A stretch of DNA of 64,000 nt from NCBI RefSeq assembly GCF_006345805.1, contig NC_042998.1, positions 141,856,001-141,920,000 of the forward strand, in the 5' to 3' direction. The translations under genes were made by a program, and so were the position numbers. Origin of the DNA: Octopus sinensis (taxonomy: Eukaryota). Below are positions 1-13,500 of this stretch, piece after piece; position 1 is the first letter of the stretch; every line of letters begins with the position of its first letter. The notes below the pieces were generated by a model. It saw only the letters and a list, made by a program, of their open reading frames with translations, was not told the origin of the DNA and searched no databases.

Positions 1-207
1 AGAGAAATAAACAAACATCACTCCCAACGGATTGAGGTACACCCAAAAGTTTGACTGCAGTTATCAGACGGTCCAGTATGTAGGAGTATGTCGAAAGCGT
101 TAACCGGGTGAAATTCCTGCCGAACCAATTACATCTTAATGCGTAATGGTTGGCACGGCGAACGTAGAAGATTTCATACAAGGTCAGAGGTGGGCTTAAC
201 ATGGAAA

Positions 208-237
208 ACACGAGCAACGCTGGGTCAAACAGCTAGT
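208..237 (+). mobile_element. Helitron 3' terminus (degenerate hairpin + CTAG|T)
   Basis: acacgagcaacgctgggt imperfect hairpin, short spacer, CTAG at 233-236 followed by T. Confidence 0.5.
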
Positions 238-264
238 ACATATATATATATATATATGTATGTA

Positions 265-1532
265 CAGGGGCTGGACAAAATAATGGAAGCACCTTAAGAT
301 TTCAAAGAAATTTATTTTAATATGGGGTAGGACCACCTTCGGCAGTAATTACAGCTTAAATTCTACGAGGTATGGAGTCGTAAAAAGGTTTGAATTGTTT
401 CCAAAGGAATTTTTGTCCATTCTTCAGCTAAAACAGTCTCTAGTTCTTCTAGTGATGATGGTGGAGGATATCGAATCCTTACTTGATTTTCTAAAGTACA
501 CCATAAATGTTCGATAATATTGAGAGCTGGGAACTGTGGTGGCCAGATAAGATATTCAACTTCACTAGAATGTTCCTCGTGCCATTCAGTAACAACTTTT
601 GCTGTGTAAATTGGTGTATTATCATCTTGAAAGATTGTGTTTCCTTCAGGAAATAGTTCCGCAACGATAGGATGAATTTAATCAGATAAAATGCTTAAAT
701 ATTCTTGACTATTAATTCTGCCATGAAGGGAAACCATTGGGCCGGCGGATTTTCAAGATACAGCCCCACCTCGAGCATCACAGATCCTCCTCCATGTTTA
801 ACAGTCGGAAGAAGGAAGTTTGGGTTAAATGCTTCTTTTGGCTATCTCCACACGTATACTCGGCCGGTGATCGGAAATAAGGCAAAGGATGACTCGCCCG
901 AGAAAATAACATTTTCCCACTGCTTTAGGGACCAATTTTGTAGGTTTTTACTCCACTCTAAATGCTTTGCAACGTTTGTTTTTGAAAGTAGTGGTATTCT
1001 GATTGTAGCCCTCCCGTGAAATCCGGCTTTGTGCAGCTCCCGGCGAACAGTTTTTGTGAAAACTGGGTTCTTGCGGTGGTTATAAAGCTCTGCAGTAATT
1101 TTGGGAGCTGTGCTTTTGTGATCCTTTCTAACAATTCGCGTAAGAGTCCGACGGTCCATATCTGAAACTTTTGGTTTTCTTCCAGAGTTTTGTTTCGATG
1201 AGGAGGTTTTTCTCTCTTTCTCAAAGGCTGTCATTACTGTCGAGGCAGTACTTCTTGATACACCATACATTTCAGCTGTTTGCATTACACTAGTGTCTGC
1301 CTTACGAGCACCAACGATTTGACCTCTTTGAAATTCCAATAGATCTGTCATTTTAATGAATTTTAATTACCTTTTTCTGATGATATCTGAAAAGAAACAG
1401 TAATTTTAATAAAACATATTAAGTAACACTAATAATAAATAAAAAAATAAACAAGCTTTTGAGGGTTTCATAGATATTTAAAAAGTATGATGCTATGATG
1501 CTAGGTGTTTCCATTATTTTGTCCAACTCCTG
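265..1532 (-). mobile_element. Tc1-family DNA transposon, defective transposase
   Basis: 30-bp TIRs CAGGGGCTGGACAAAATAATGGAAGCACCT (265-294) / 1503-1532 with 3 mismatches, TA on both sides; ORF 1351-842 with paired-like HTH and VIFSGES; downstream IFQDDN...WPPQFPALNIIEHLW DD34E remnant after a stop. Confidence 0.95.
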
Positions 1533-1567
1533 TATATATACATATATATGTATATATGCAGAATACA

Positions 1568-1609
<42 letters not shown>

Positions 1610-1824
1610 TGTGAAATTTTTGGTGGGGGCTAGGGAGGGGGGTGCTAGTTGTTTACATCGACCGCAGTTCTCAACAGGTACTTATTTTATTAACTCTGAA
1701 AAGATAAAAAGCAACGTCAGAACGTAAAGACGGACGAAATTCCGTTTAGCATTTTGTGCGGCGTACTAACAATTCTGGCAGCTCGTCATCTTCGATAAAA
1801 CTATAAATTTATGATTTCATATTC

Positions 1825-2022
1825 TGGCATAAGGCCAGCAAATTCGAGACTGGGGTAAGTCGTTTACAGCAATACCAGTGCTTAACAGATAGTTGTTTTA
1901 TCGACTCCGAAATGATGAAAGGCAAACTGGACCATGGCAGAATTTGAACTCAGAACGTAAGGACGGACGAAATGCCGCTAAGCATTTTGTCGAGTGTGCT
2001 AACGATTCAGCCAGCTCGCCAC
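1825..2022 (-). mobile_element. tRNA-derived SINE family A
   Basis: Reverse complement of GGCGAGCTGGC..CGTTAGCAC..TTCTGAGTTCAAATT..CCTTTCATC..GTCGATAAA; another degenerate copy at about 1640-1795. Confidence 0.8.
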
Positions 2023-2059
2023 GTTAGATAAGGTTATAAATAATACCGTGAAGAATATT

Positions 2060-2290
2060 GGGTTAAAACCACTTGAATCGGACGCTGCCAGGAAGGAAGC
2101 CAGCACCCATGATCTTTTTCAGGGCATTCGAAACTGGGGTGGGGCCTACGGGGTGGAGGAAGAAGGAATGGAGACATCCTCAAACCGAAAGCTGGCCTCG
2201 AACGCTTGCAATGGTGGACTTCGTTGAAGGTACTCAAGATACCTTGTAGTGTTGGTGTTAAACGGATTAATCTACTGCCTATTGATGTCA
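2060..2290 (-). pseudogene. Possible LTR-retrotransposon integrase C-terminal remnant
   Basis: TFNEVHHCKRSRPAF weakly resembles the VH..RLKPAF tail of gypsy integrases; GC-richer than flanks. Confidence 0.25.
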
Positions 2291-3532
2291 TGACGAGATT
2301 TGAACGCAGAAAACAAAACGCCTGAACAAATTCTGCAAAACATCTAGTCCATGTGTCTTACGGTTTCACCACTCAACCAGCCGGGATTAGTGCTTTTTTT
2401 TTTATCGATCTGGAAAGAACAAAAGGCAAAGCTGACCTCGTTGGGAACACAGATAATGTAAACAAATACTGCAAAATATACCAACGAGCACAACAATTTC
2501 GTGTATAGCATTCAAATTACGGAATTTCGCTTTATCTGTACATATTCATGAAAAGCTTTTGGCATCTCATTCGGTAGAAAGCCTACAAAATAAGGTCTAC
2601 TATACATATTTATAGTTATAGTGATAAATCTGAAATTGATTATGTAAGCTGAATGAATAAAAAATAAACTAAAGCATACAAACGAAAATTAAATACATAT
2701 ATTTTCCCATGTGCATAATTATGCTTATGCAATATAAACGGATGTAGAAGGAAAAAAAAAACAAGAAAATTGCATCAAAGCTGTGTGATAGTGGTGTCAG
2801 ACGTGTCATGCAGGCATGTGCATTACGTTTTTATTCTTCTCTTTCGCTTTACTTTGACATGCGCATTGCGTGTTCACACTTCTCTTTTCAGTTCCTACAC
2901 AAAACTGTTTACTGACCATAAACATCTCACGAATCTGCGAACTTCGTGAGGAGTACTTCGCGCTCCGGTCGTTGTGAAAAAAGCGCAGACATGCGTATAT
3001 TCACATCATGAGCAGGATCGCAAAGGAGATATACTTGTTTGGAATAAGCTCGTTTATACAATACTGCAGCGTGGTTTTTAGCAACTCAGTGCGGTAGCCA
3101 AGTCCTTAAACGTAACATACCTTCGACAACATCAACACTTGCCTCTAATGTGTTACTCCTCCTGTGTAGTCGCGGACCCCACATGCACATATTACGTCAC
3201 CACGTTTATATGTTCCCTGCTGGTTGACGTAAAGCCAAGTACGGCGTATTGTGAATTTTATATGTACATGATTTTATATACATTGTAAAAAAAAAAATCA
3301 ATTATTTTTATTAATTTTACATTTTGATCGAGTTTTAGTTCATTTAGTGTATACATAATGCATTTTATATATTATCGCTGATGCCGTTGGTATGTTGAAT
3401 TTTTTCCTTAGATTTCCACAGACAGATTCCCGATGCTTTTGACAAATGTTTACAGTTATGACCCCATTAGCATGATCAAAATTTTATATCAGAAATTGTA
3501 AAGCATCAGTAATGAAGAGAATTGCTATGGGG

Positions 3533-3544
3533 ATAATAATAATA

Positions 3545-3598
<54 letters not shown>

Positions 3599-3599
3599 C

Positions 3600-3649
<50 letters not shown>

Positions 3650-3663
3650 TAATAATAATAATA

Positions 3664-3702
<39 letters not shown>

Positions 3703-3919
3703 TAATAATATTCTATAGGATTGAAGTAACTCCTACGGTAGGTATTCAGAAGCAAAAACAAAAAAAAAGAGTTCCATTGTTATCAAGTGAACGATATTTC
3801 GGCATCTAGTGTGCCTTCCAATATCGTTCACTTGATAACAATGGTACACTAATAATAATAATAATAATAATAATAATATAATAATAATAATAATAATAAT
3901 AATGAAGATAATAATAATG

Positions 3920-3976
<57 letters not shown>
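3533..3976. repeat. (TAA)n microsatellites flanking a small palindrome
   Basis: Two long TAA tracts; 25-bp inverted arms at about 3774-3798 / 3820-3844 between them. Confidence 0.95.
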
Positions 3977-3977
<1 letters not shown>

Positions 3978-4384
3978 TGGAACACCTCTTCCACGTGACA
4001 AGCGGTATATGCTAGTGGTTACAAATACTGTGACGTCGGGAAGTCGGCATAGTCGGTCATAGATAGTCGCATTTTCCTTGTCTAACTAACTATACTGCTA
4101 TACTGGAGTGGACATTATAACAGAAGTTGGATTACAACAGTGGCGACGAGGAATTTACAAATTCACGAAGATTAATCAAACCCACAAGGAGTTACGAAAC
4201 TCTTTTTGTGCAAATTTTACGGTATGCAAAATCGTAAAATTATGTAAGAATTGTTGGCCGGTTTGCTCGAGTTGCAAAAGCAGCAACAACAACTGCAAGA
4301 AGAGCAACAACAGTTACTATTACAGATGACCGAATATATTACACCCCTACCAAAAAAAAAAAAAAAAAAAAAAAGAACAAAAAA

Positions 4385-4800
4385 GTCCTGCTGATGATGT
4401 GAATATACGTGTGTATAGTTTTATATGCTTTTATATAATAGAGCTTCACGAGATTTCCATGCCTTTACATAGCAGAAATACTATATATTTCGAACAGCTT
4501 GCAGTCTTGTCGATAACACAAATATTACGTGCTTATAGTTTTATATGCCTTTATACGTATAATATATAGTAGAAAAACTATGTTTCGAACAAAGACCTCT
4601 CTTGCAGTCCAGTTGATGGTACGAACATACGTGTGTATAATTTTACATGCAAAATCCGCTATATATTATAGCAATAACCACAATATATTTCGAACAACTG
4701 TCTGTCTTGCGGTATTGCTGCTGATACGAATTATACGTGTGTATAGTTTACATGCAGAACATTCATTCATATAGTAGAAACACTAGCTTGTCGATGAAAA
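4385..4800. repeat. Degenerate minisatellite, about 105-120 bp unit, about 4 copies
   Basis: Recurrent ATACGTGTGTATAGTTTTA(C/T)ATGC ... ATAGYAGAAA ... TTTCGAACA ... GCAGTC. Confidence 0.65.
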
Positions 4801-4944
4801 ATATGTATTTTAATTTAACACGTATCTTATGATTAATTTTCATTTCATTCAATTTACATGAGATATTTTATACCTCAAAGATACTCTAGAGATTCTGATA
4901 TAAAAATTTTAATCACGAGATCGAAGCTATAATTATTATTCTTA

Positions 4945-5325
4945 TATTTTGTTTGTTCCAGTCATTGGCCTATGGTCAAGCTGGGGCACGTCTGAAGGAT
5001 TTTTTTAACCGGGCAAATCGTCCCCCTAGGTACTTATTTCAAAGTTTGATACTTATTATTGATTCTCTTTTGTCAAACCACAACATTATGAGGATATAAA
5101 CAACAACACCGGTTGTAAAGCGCTTTAGAAGAGGAAAACGCAATCACAAAGACACACGCACACATACAGCGGGCTTCCATACAGTTTTCGTCTACTACGT
5201 CCACTCAGAGGTTATTGGTCCGTTCGAAGCTATAGAGAAGGCACCTGCCCAAGGTGCTGCGCAATGAGACTGAACTCGAGACCAAGCAGTTGCAAAGTGA
5301 GTCTCTTAACTACACAGTCATGTGT
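4945..5325 (-). mobile_element. tRNA-derived SINE family B (degenerate)
   Basis: Reverse complement of the 9597-10006 element (CACCTTGGGCAGGTG..CTTCTCTATAGC). Confidence 0.75.
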
Positions 5326-6223
5326 GTCACTATTCATTGTCAAATACTTCAGGAGCCTATTTCTACGGTAATCTACGGACACATTCCAACAGAACTAAGT
5401 AAAGCAACAGCAATATTACATAAAATACATTAACTTCACTGAATGAACTGAAAATCGATCATAATATAAAATTATTTAAATTAAAATACATTTTTATATT
5501 TTACGATATATGAACTCAAGTTTCCGTTAGAGAAACGCATGTTTCCGTGAGAGAAATATATACATGCATGTTTACGTCATCAATACGATCACAAGACAGA
5601 GAATTGTTCTAAATAGAGCTGTTTGGTATATACACTAGTATTACCAGTCACATGACTGGTAACTAATATCAGGAAATATGGTATACATACAATTATTATG
5701 GCAATTATTAACTGTTATCAAATTTGTTGGTGATTGAGATTAAATGAAATAAATTTCTCATTTGCCTATAACTACTCTGTCATTTACTCCCTTTTTCTCC
5801 TCCTCCTCCTCCTCCTCCTCTCCCTATCTCTATAATTCGTTCTCTCTCATTGTGGGCGTGCGTGCGCATGTGCGTGTGTGTATATATGTGTGTAACGTTC
5901 CTTCACTCATTGTCTGCTATTAAGCCTCGTCTGTGCACTTATCCTGCACCTCATGTTATCCCTTTCTCAAATTCTCGTTTATCCTTCCTTCCCTACTTCC
6001 TATACGATGTGAAGCATAACTGGAGATATCAATCAGCAAACAACGTGGAGCAACGTGAAATGAAATGCCGTGCTCAAGGATACAACGCATCCCCTAGCTC
6101 CAGGAACCGAAGCCACGACTTTATGATCGTGAGCCTTATACCCTACCACTGGGCCACACGACTTTACCAGATGTACAAAGTATTTTTACTTGTTGTTGTT
6201 GTTTTTATTGTTATTATTATCAA

Positions 6224-6444
6224 GGTGGTGAGCTGGCAGAATCGTTAGCACGCCGGGCGAAATGCTTAATGGTATTTTGCCCGTTGCTACGCTCTGAGTT
6301 TAAATTCCGCCGAGGTTGACTTTGCCTTTCACCCTTTCTGGGTCGATGAATTAAGCACCAGTGAAATACTGGGGTCGATGTAATCGACTAGTCCCCTCCC
6401 CATCAAATTTCAGGCTTTGTGCCTTCAATAGAAAGGATTATTAT
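6224..6444 (+). mobile_element. SINE family A, full length
   Basis: GGTGGTGAGCTGGCAGAATCGTTAGCACGCCGGGCG head, GAGTTTAAATTCC B-box-like, CCTTTCACCCTTTCTGGGTCGAT core, (TTA)n tail. Confidence 0.9.
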
Positions 6445-6699
6445 TGCCGGGTTCCAACCCGGGCCGCTGCAACAAATTCCACCCACCACACTTCTCGGTC
6501 CAACATCACTGCCTTGAGGTCCTGGATACATTCCAGGCCAATGTCTACAATGAAGTTGTAGATAGTCACAGTGGTCTTTGCCTGATCATCTCGCTAATCT
6601 TATCTGTAATGTCTTGTATTTTTTACCAGTAACTCAACTCATTTATATGTACCCATTAGTTACCAGCAACAAGCAATGACTACAGCGTAAGTGGCAACG

Positions 6700-7166
6700 G
6701 TTTCAAATTTTTGCACAAGGCCAGCAGTTTCTGAGAAAAGGAGAAGTCAATTACATAGACCCTAGTACTCAACTGATACTTGTCTTAGCGACTCCGAGAG
6801 GATGAAAGACAAAATCGAACTCAGCGGAATTTGAACTCAGAACGTAAAAACAGATGAAATGTTATTAAGCATTTTGCCCAGCATGTTAACGATTCTACCA
6901 GATCGACGTCTTACTACAATCTAAGTAATAATATCCTTTTTGCTGCAATTAAGGTGGCGAGCTGGCAGAAACGTTAGCACTCCGAGCAAAATGCTTAGCG
7001 GTATTTCGTCTGTCTTTACGTTCTGAGTTCAAATTCAGCCAAGGTCGACTTTTCTTTTTTTCCTTTCGGGGTCGATAAATTAAGTACCAGTTACGTACTG
7101 GATCGATCTAATCGACTGGCCCACTCCCCCCAAATTTCGGCCTTGTGCCTAGATTAGAAAAGAATA
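6700..7166. mobile_element. Two divergently oriented SINE family A copies
   Basis: Minus copy about 6700-6912, plus copy about 6953-7166. Confidence 0.85.
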
Positions 7167-7221
7167 TAAGTGATTAATATCAGTTTCAAAAGCTGATACG
7201 CAGTTAGAAAAATACATGTTA

Positions 7222-7685
7222 TGTTTCTTTATTAGCCACACAGGGCTGAACTTAGAGGGGACAAATTACAAAGTAGAGCTTTTCTTTTTGGGGAGTAGGT
7301 TTTCGATCAAAAGGGATCGCAAAAAAAGAAAGAAAAAAAAATGATCAATAGGGTTCGCGTATCGCAGAAATGTCATGATGTAAAGTGTAAAGGGGGAAAC
7401 AAATAAGGTTTATCCATGGAAAAAAAAAAGCCTACGGAAAAGACCACTGTAACCTCGGTCAATAATGTCACATGTTAACACATTTATTTGCAAGTAAGTA
7501 ACTCTTTGTTTTAAATTTTTTCCGGGTTCATAGGATTATGCTCAAGGTGGCTTCGTCATTCATACGTGCCATCCTTGCTACATTCACCCATCTTTTTTTT
7601 AAACATTCGCTAGACAAAACCTGCCTCTCTATTCTCACTTTCCTTTTCAAGTGATACTTGAAGAAGTCGATGAGAGATTGACCAT
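7222..7685 (-). mobile_element. 5'-truncated Tx1/L1 LINE (ORF2 C-terminus + 3' UTR)
   Basis: Minus strand encodes GQSLIDFFKYHLKRKVRIERQVLSSECLKKRWVNVARM, homologous to ORF 58600-58908; same TCCCCTCTA..CAGCCC..TGTG..AATAAAG terminal motif. Confidence 0.85.
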
Positions 7686-8619
7686 GTTAGCCTCATTACC
7701 AAATCCAATCACAAGGCTTTGGTTGGCTCGAGGCTATAGTAGAGGACACTTACCAGAGGTGCCATGCAGTGGGACTGAACTCGGAACCATGTGGTTGGGA
7801 AGCAAGTTTCTTACGACATATATTTCTTTATTTTCTCATAAAGCCGTTTAGCCGGATTTCATGGTGTATAAGTGACAGAAATTACAACAATTCTCCTGAA
7901 TGGGACGCTGGCTGGTTGTAGAGTTAAAGGCTTGTAATTTTGAGAGGAGAGGATAAATCGCCCACCAAGACCACCAATATTTGGCTGGCACTCTATCTTA
8001 CAGACCACTGAAAGGACGAAGGCAAAGTTGACCTCGGCAGGTTTTGAACTCAAAGCATGAAGAGCCGGAAGAAACGTCGATAAGCATTTTGCTCAGCCTA
8101 CTAACGACTCTGCTAGCTCGCAGCTTCAGCGATACATGTAATTAAGTGAATTTACTTTCATTTCACTCAGTTGACCTAAGCATAAATATGTAAAGAAAAA
8201 TTATGATACAGCTATTTTGATTAGAGACCGCATTGTGTAATTTCTCTCTTTTTTTCCTTGCCAGTTATAATCCAGATTATTGAAAAATATGAATTTTTAT
8301 GCCCTTTGTAATATCTCAATGCATGTAGCGATGTATAATAACATGAATTATATTTAATATTGTGATGTTATTTCATACATTTTAAAAGCTTATTATATCT
8401 AACTCAGCGCTGAACATGTGAATATATATTATTGCAATTAATCACGTGAACACTGTCGAAGATTTACCGTTAAGCAACCACACACACACGCACGCACGCA
8501 TGCATACACACACACACACACACACACAACACACACACACACACAAGATACAACAGGCACCAACAACATGCTTAAGACATCTCAGTATATCTAGCAGGGG
8601 CATCCCCTTCTTTAAGTAT

Positions 8620-8720
8620 GTATCTGATGTGACACGAACTGCACAGATTGATGTGACACAGATGCACAAAATCCTACCCATAACGGACAGTTGCAGGGTG
8701 AGTCGAAACGATCGCCGTAC
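8620..8720 (+). ncRNA. Degenerate type I hammerhead ribozyme with long stem II
   Basis: GUAU-CUGAUGU-GAC[..UGCA..UGCA..]GUC-GAAA-CGAUCG-CC-GUAC; palindromic stem III, cleavage U mutated. Confidence 0.5.
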
Positions 8721-8777
8721 TGAATAAAGACTAGTACGAAGTCTATCTTCCGTTCTTTCACCAATTATTACTACAGA

Positions 8778-8970
8778 CATGATAGATCGTTAGCCACTAC
8801 ACACATTTTTTCTCTCCTTGTTTCTCACCTTGCTTTTTCTGTGTCTCTTTCTGTAGAAGAGCGTAGGCTCGAAACGTAAAAGACCTTTTCTATTCCTGAG
8901 CGTTATGCTAATACATCTGTTTGTTTTGTACACTACCTGTCTTCGTCTTTTGTTTTTTCGTAAGCTCTCC

Positions 8971-8973
<3 letters not shown>
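8778..8973 (+). mobile_element. Short PLE pseudo-LTR / retrozyme-like repeat with minimal HHR-like motif (8846-8883)
   Basis: UCUUU-CUGUAGA-A-GAGCguagGCUC-GAAA-CG-UA-AAAGA; homologous copies at about 32040-32200 (+) and 49044-49243 (-). Confidence 0.65.
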
Positions 8974-9062
<89 letters not shown>

Positions 9063-9596
9063 GTATGTAGTATGTATGTATGTATATATGTATGTATGTA
9101 TATATGTATGTATATATATGTACATATATATATATATATATATGAAACATTTTCAGAATCCGAAAGAATCAGGCCCTTAAATAGTAAATAGTAAAAGCAC
9201 CAAAGTAGAGTCGGGGACAGCGCACCAGTGTACCAACAATGTGTACTGACATACACGTATACATACTTACTAAAGTAAATACAGATTTGTTTTTTCCAGT
9301 TATGCATACATCTACAGTTACTGACTGAATACACAACGCATTATCAAAGTCACTCATGGATACACTCACACACTCACTGCATGTATTCTACAGTCGACTC
9401 CAGGTCCAAACGTATGGAAGGTTCCGAGTTAGGTGAAGGATAGGTAACACAAATGGGTTGCAGTTCACTGCACTGTTTCAGATGCGTTCTTTATTGATGA
9501 ACAAAAGTGTTACATCATTCAAAAGCAAAAAAACACAAAAAACCCCCACAAAAAAACCGTTTTCTTTAGGTGAATAAAAATGAAAATTAACAACAA

Positions 9597-10006
9597 GGCG
9601 TAGGAGTGGCTGTGTGGTAAGTAGCTTGCTTACGAACCACATGGTTCCGAGTTCAGTCTCACTGCGAGGCACCTTGGGCAAGTGTCTTCTACTATAGCCT
9701 CGGGTCGACCAAAGCCTTGTGAGTGGATTTGGTAGACAGAAACTGAAAGAAGCCCGTCGTGTATATGTATATATATATGTATGTATGTGTATATGTTTGT
9801 GTGTCTGTGTTTTTCCCCCCAACATCGTTTGACAACCGATACTGGAGTGTTTACGTCCCCGTAACTTAGCTGCTCGGCAAAAGAGACCGATAGAATAAGT
9901 ACTAGGCTTACAAAGAATAAGTCCTGGGGTGGATTTGCTCGACTAAAAGCGGTGCCCCAGTTTGGCCACAGTCACATGACTGAAACAAGTAAAAGAGTAA
10001 AGAGTA
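9597..10006 (+). mobile_element. tRNA-derived SINE family B, full length
   Basis: GGCGTAGGAGTGGCTGTGTGGTAAG A-box, GAGTTCAGTC B-box, CACCTTGGGCAAGTGTCTTCTACTATAGCC, internal microsatellite, (AGAGTAA) tail; other copies at 10090-10430, 14850-15190, 32380-33075, 35330-35520, 37390-37760, 40372-40510, 52835-53555, 56295-56660. Confidence 0.9.
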
Positions 10007-10579
10007 AAAAGAGAATAACTTCTCACAAAAGAGAACATAGTGCTACACGGCATAGCTAGATAAGCTGAGTTAAAAGATAGAGTTGCTGAGTAAACTGGGG
10101 CTGATTTGTCCGACTAAACCTCCCAGTACTTATTTTTATTTTATTTAATTTTTTTGTATACTAAGTTATAGAGACGTAAACAAACCAACACCGGTTGTCA
10201 AGCGATGACGACAGTACAAACACACACACATACATACACGCACATGCACACACACATACATATATATACGCGCACATACTCGACGGACTTCCTCAGTTTC
10301 CGTCTGCCAAATTCACTCACAAGGCATTGACTGACTCAAAGTGTAAATAGAAGATACTTGTGCAGTGGTACTGAACCCAAAACAACATGGCTGCAAAGTG
10401 AGCTTCTTAACTACATAGTCATGCCTGCGCTGTGGAAGAATGTTTTTAAGCTTGATGTGGATGTGCCTTGAACTTTCCGAATTCTTTGTTATAGACAATA
10501 CAACGAGGAAATCTTAGCGGTCTTCATAATAGTTAGATTGGTTTTCAATTATAAACTGATAACTGAATATGATTTAAAT

Positions 10580-13500
10580 GGTTTCAAATGTTGGCATGAT
10601 GCCAGCAACTTCGGTGGGATGAGGATGAGACGATTACATCGACCCCAGTGCTCAACTAGTACACATTTTTTAGACCCCGAAAAGATAAAAATCGCTTTCG
10701 GTCAAATTTGAACTCAGAACGTAATCAGAAGTAATAAATGTCGCTAAGAGTTTTGCCCGGTGTGCTAATCACTCTGCCACTTCGAACTGATTTATAAACG
10801 AAAGAATATGTAAGTTTAAATAATGGAGACGGAGGGGTTTTACTATGCGAAAAGGGAAAGTTTCGTAAGTAACCTTTATATATTTCCGAAACAGCTTGGC
10901 ACCTAGGGAGCTTTAAGCAGAGTCCATTCTGTTATAAGCATTTGAACCAGATCTCTGGTTTGAGGATACCGTCCTCCGTCATACCAGTCTCAAATGCCCT
11001 GTAAAGGATCATGGGCATTGCCCTTCCTTCCTGATTAAAAAGATGAAAAGATATAGATTTTAAATAAAGTGTCAATATTTCACCGTACATATTGATTTAA
11101 TAATTGAGGGAAAATGCCGTAGAGCGATTTGATGAGTGAGAAAATGGTAACATACAAGTATAAAATGACCAACATGCAAATATAAAATAAAAATACATCA
11201 AGCAATATTTTCAGATTCAATGCTCACGGAATGAAATCACTTTGATGATAAGGAAATTATTCACACCAACATACAATAGAAGCATTATCAAGGCGATCTG
11301 GCAGAACAAAATGGTTTCCGGTATTTCTTCCGGCTTTACATTCTGTGTTGAAATCCCTCCGAAGTGAACTTTATCTTCCATTCTTACTAAATCGATTAAA
11401 TAAAGTACCAGTCAAGTCAATTCTTTCAACTAACCCTTCCCCTCAAAAGCGCTAGCCTTGTGACTAAATCAGAAACATTGTTAAAGAAACATTGCCTATA
11501 TTAGGAATCATAATTTTGGAAAGGCGAGCGATTAGAATCGTTTGAGCGTCGGACAAAATGTCTCCCACTATTTCTTTCCACTATTTCTTTCGACCTTTTG
11601 AGTTGAAATCCGGCCAGAGTCAACTCCGCCTTTTATCACTTTAGGGTCGATACAATAAAGTACAGCCAAATACTGAAATAAATGGTATCGACCCACCCTT
11701 CCCTTCAAAAATTGCTGACACTGTACGAAAAAAAGAAACCATTATTCTGGCAAGGCATCATAGTTGCTGGAAATAACATCCTCTCAAATATATTCAAGGC
11801 TAGAGAATACGAGGCGTTCTGGCACAGCCATTTTGGCACTGCTTATGTGGCGATGCTGTTTCAGCGCTGACTTATCTTACGTCAAACGATTTAATTTTTC
11901 TCTCGTTTTCTCAATTCCTCCCTCGTGTCTATTTTCTCTCTGCTTTTGTATATGAACATATTTCTCTAAGAAGGAAAGTGTTTATGTCACCTGTGTTCAA
12001 TTGATAAATTGTAATGTTCTCCTCTTCCTCTCCCTCTCTCACTCTTTCTATATGTATGCGTATACAGCTGTACGCGCGTGCATGTGTGCTTGCCTCCGGC
12101 GCCGAAATGCACTGTCGCCAAAACAGGCCGAATCTCCATCCGGGCAGCTGTGCCAAATTATCAGCGTCGAAACAGCTGTGCCCAGTTGTCCCATCCTGGG
12201 GGCTAAAACAGAGAAAGATTAAGAGGCTAACAGCCAATTGAGTATAAGTACTTTACACATGACTATATTATATGAATATAAAGAACTCTTTGTTTTGACT
12301 GCACAAAGATACTCCGTTTCAGAAATTAAAGCAATATCCTTTTATATTTTTCTATCTCTGTTCTATGTGACGGAGACGTGTGACATTTCAAATATTGAAC
12401 AGCTATCATTTAATGTCAAATATGGCTACAACCACTTTGTAATATCTGAAAACTTCATTGGACGCACGCTTTGTATACAAGGGTAGAACTCAGCTGCTTT
12501 TATTAACGATGTAAATGATATCATTATAAAAGACAGCCTCGATAAAGCAAAATTTGCGGGATATGTCTTTATGGTGCTTTCCCTATGGAGTGATTAGACT
12601 AACTCATGAAAATATATGAAAACAATAACAACAGCATTTCGTATATAGTTTGTTTAGCGCGCATAGTTTGTTAATCTTTTAGTAACCATCTTTCACTTTA
12701 AGATGCAACACACTACTCAGAACTAGTAATTAATAATTAAAATGTCTGCAAAGTTCAATATGCACTTACCGGTCTTAGCCCCAAACATATCGTATTATTT
12801 CAAAAGTAGCGAGGTGACAGAAACGTTAGAACGTCGGGCAAAAATGATGTGCGGTTTTGTTCTGGCTTTTTACGTTCTAAGTTCAATTCCCGTCGGACTC
12901 CACCTCACCTTTCATCCCTCTGGGCTCGATAAAGTACTAGTCAAGTGGAAGCAATAGAATTTACTAAATCTCACCCCTAAAAATTGCTGGCCTCGTGCAT
13001 CAAATTAAGAATCATTATTTGAAGGAGGAAGTGTGGTGAGCTATCAGAATTGTTAGTGTTGGAAAAATGCTTTGTAGTATTCGTTCCGGCTTTTTATGTT
13101 CTGATTTCAATTCCTCTCGGAGTTAACTTAGCTTTTCGTCCCACTAGTTATCTGTTCCTTCTAAAATTAATGACTTTGTGCCTTATTCAGAAAACTTTAT
13201 TTAAAAAACATAAAAACAATACGTCAGGTATTATCTCGGACTCTGCCTCTTTCATATCAGCGGCCTCCATCAACGGCCTTATACCAACGGTCACCGCCTA
13301 AGGTCACCCCCAAAACCTCCACACAAATATAGATGATGCTACTCTTAACTCCTCTCTAACTTTCTGGACACAGGTGTCATCCACATATAGTTTAGGCACC
13401 AAACCAACATTGCCTCTGCATACAGACACGTCAAATATATCCTCTAACAGGAATATCACAGAAGCAGGTCTTGTAACTTTATCTTAGTCAGGGACAATAT

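Noticed and set aside
2780-3260. Non-repetitive GC-richer stretch as exon or ncRNA
   Set aside because: No convincing open frame with splice sites and no recognisable structure
3484-3994. Poly-Y/I ORFs (also poly-V/M/H/S at 15325-17112 and VCVC/YIYI/MYVC ORFs throughout)
   Set aside because: Translations of stop-free microsatellites
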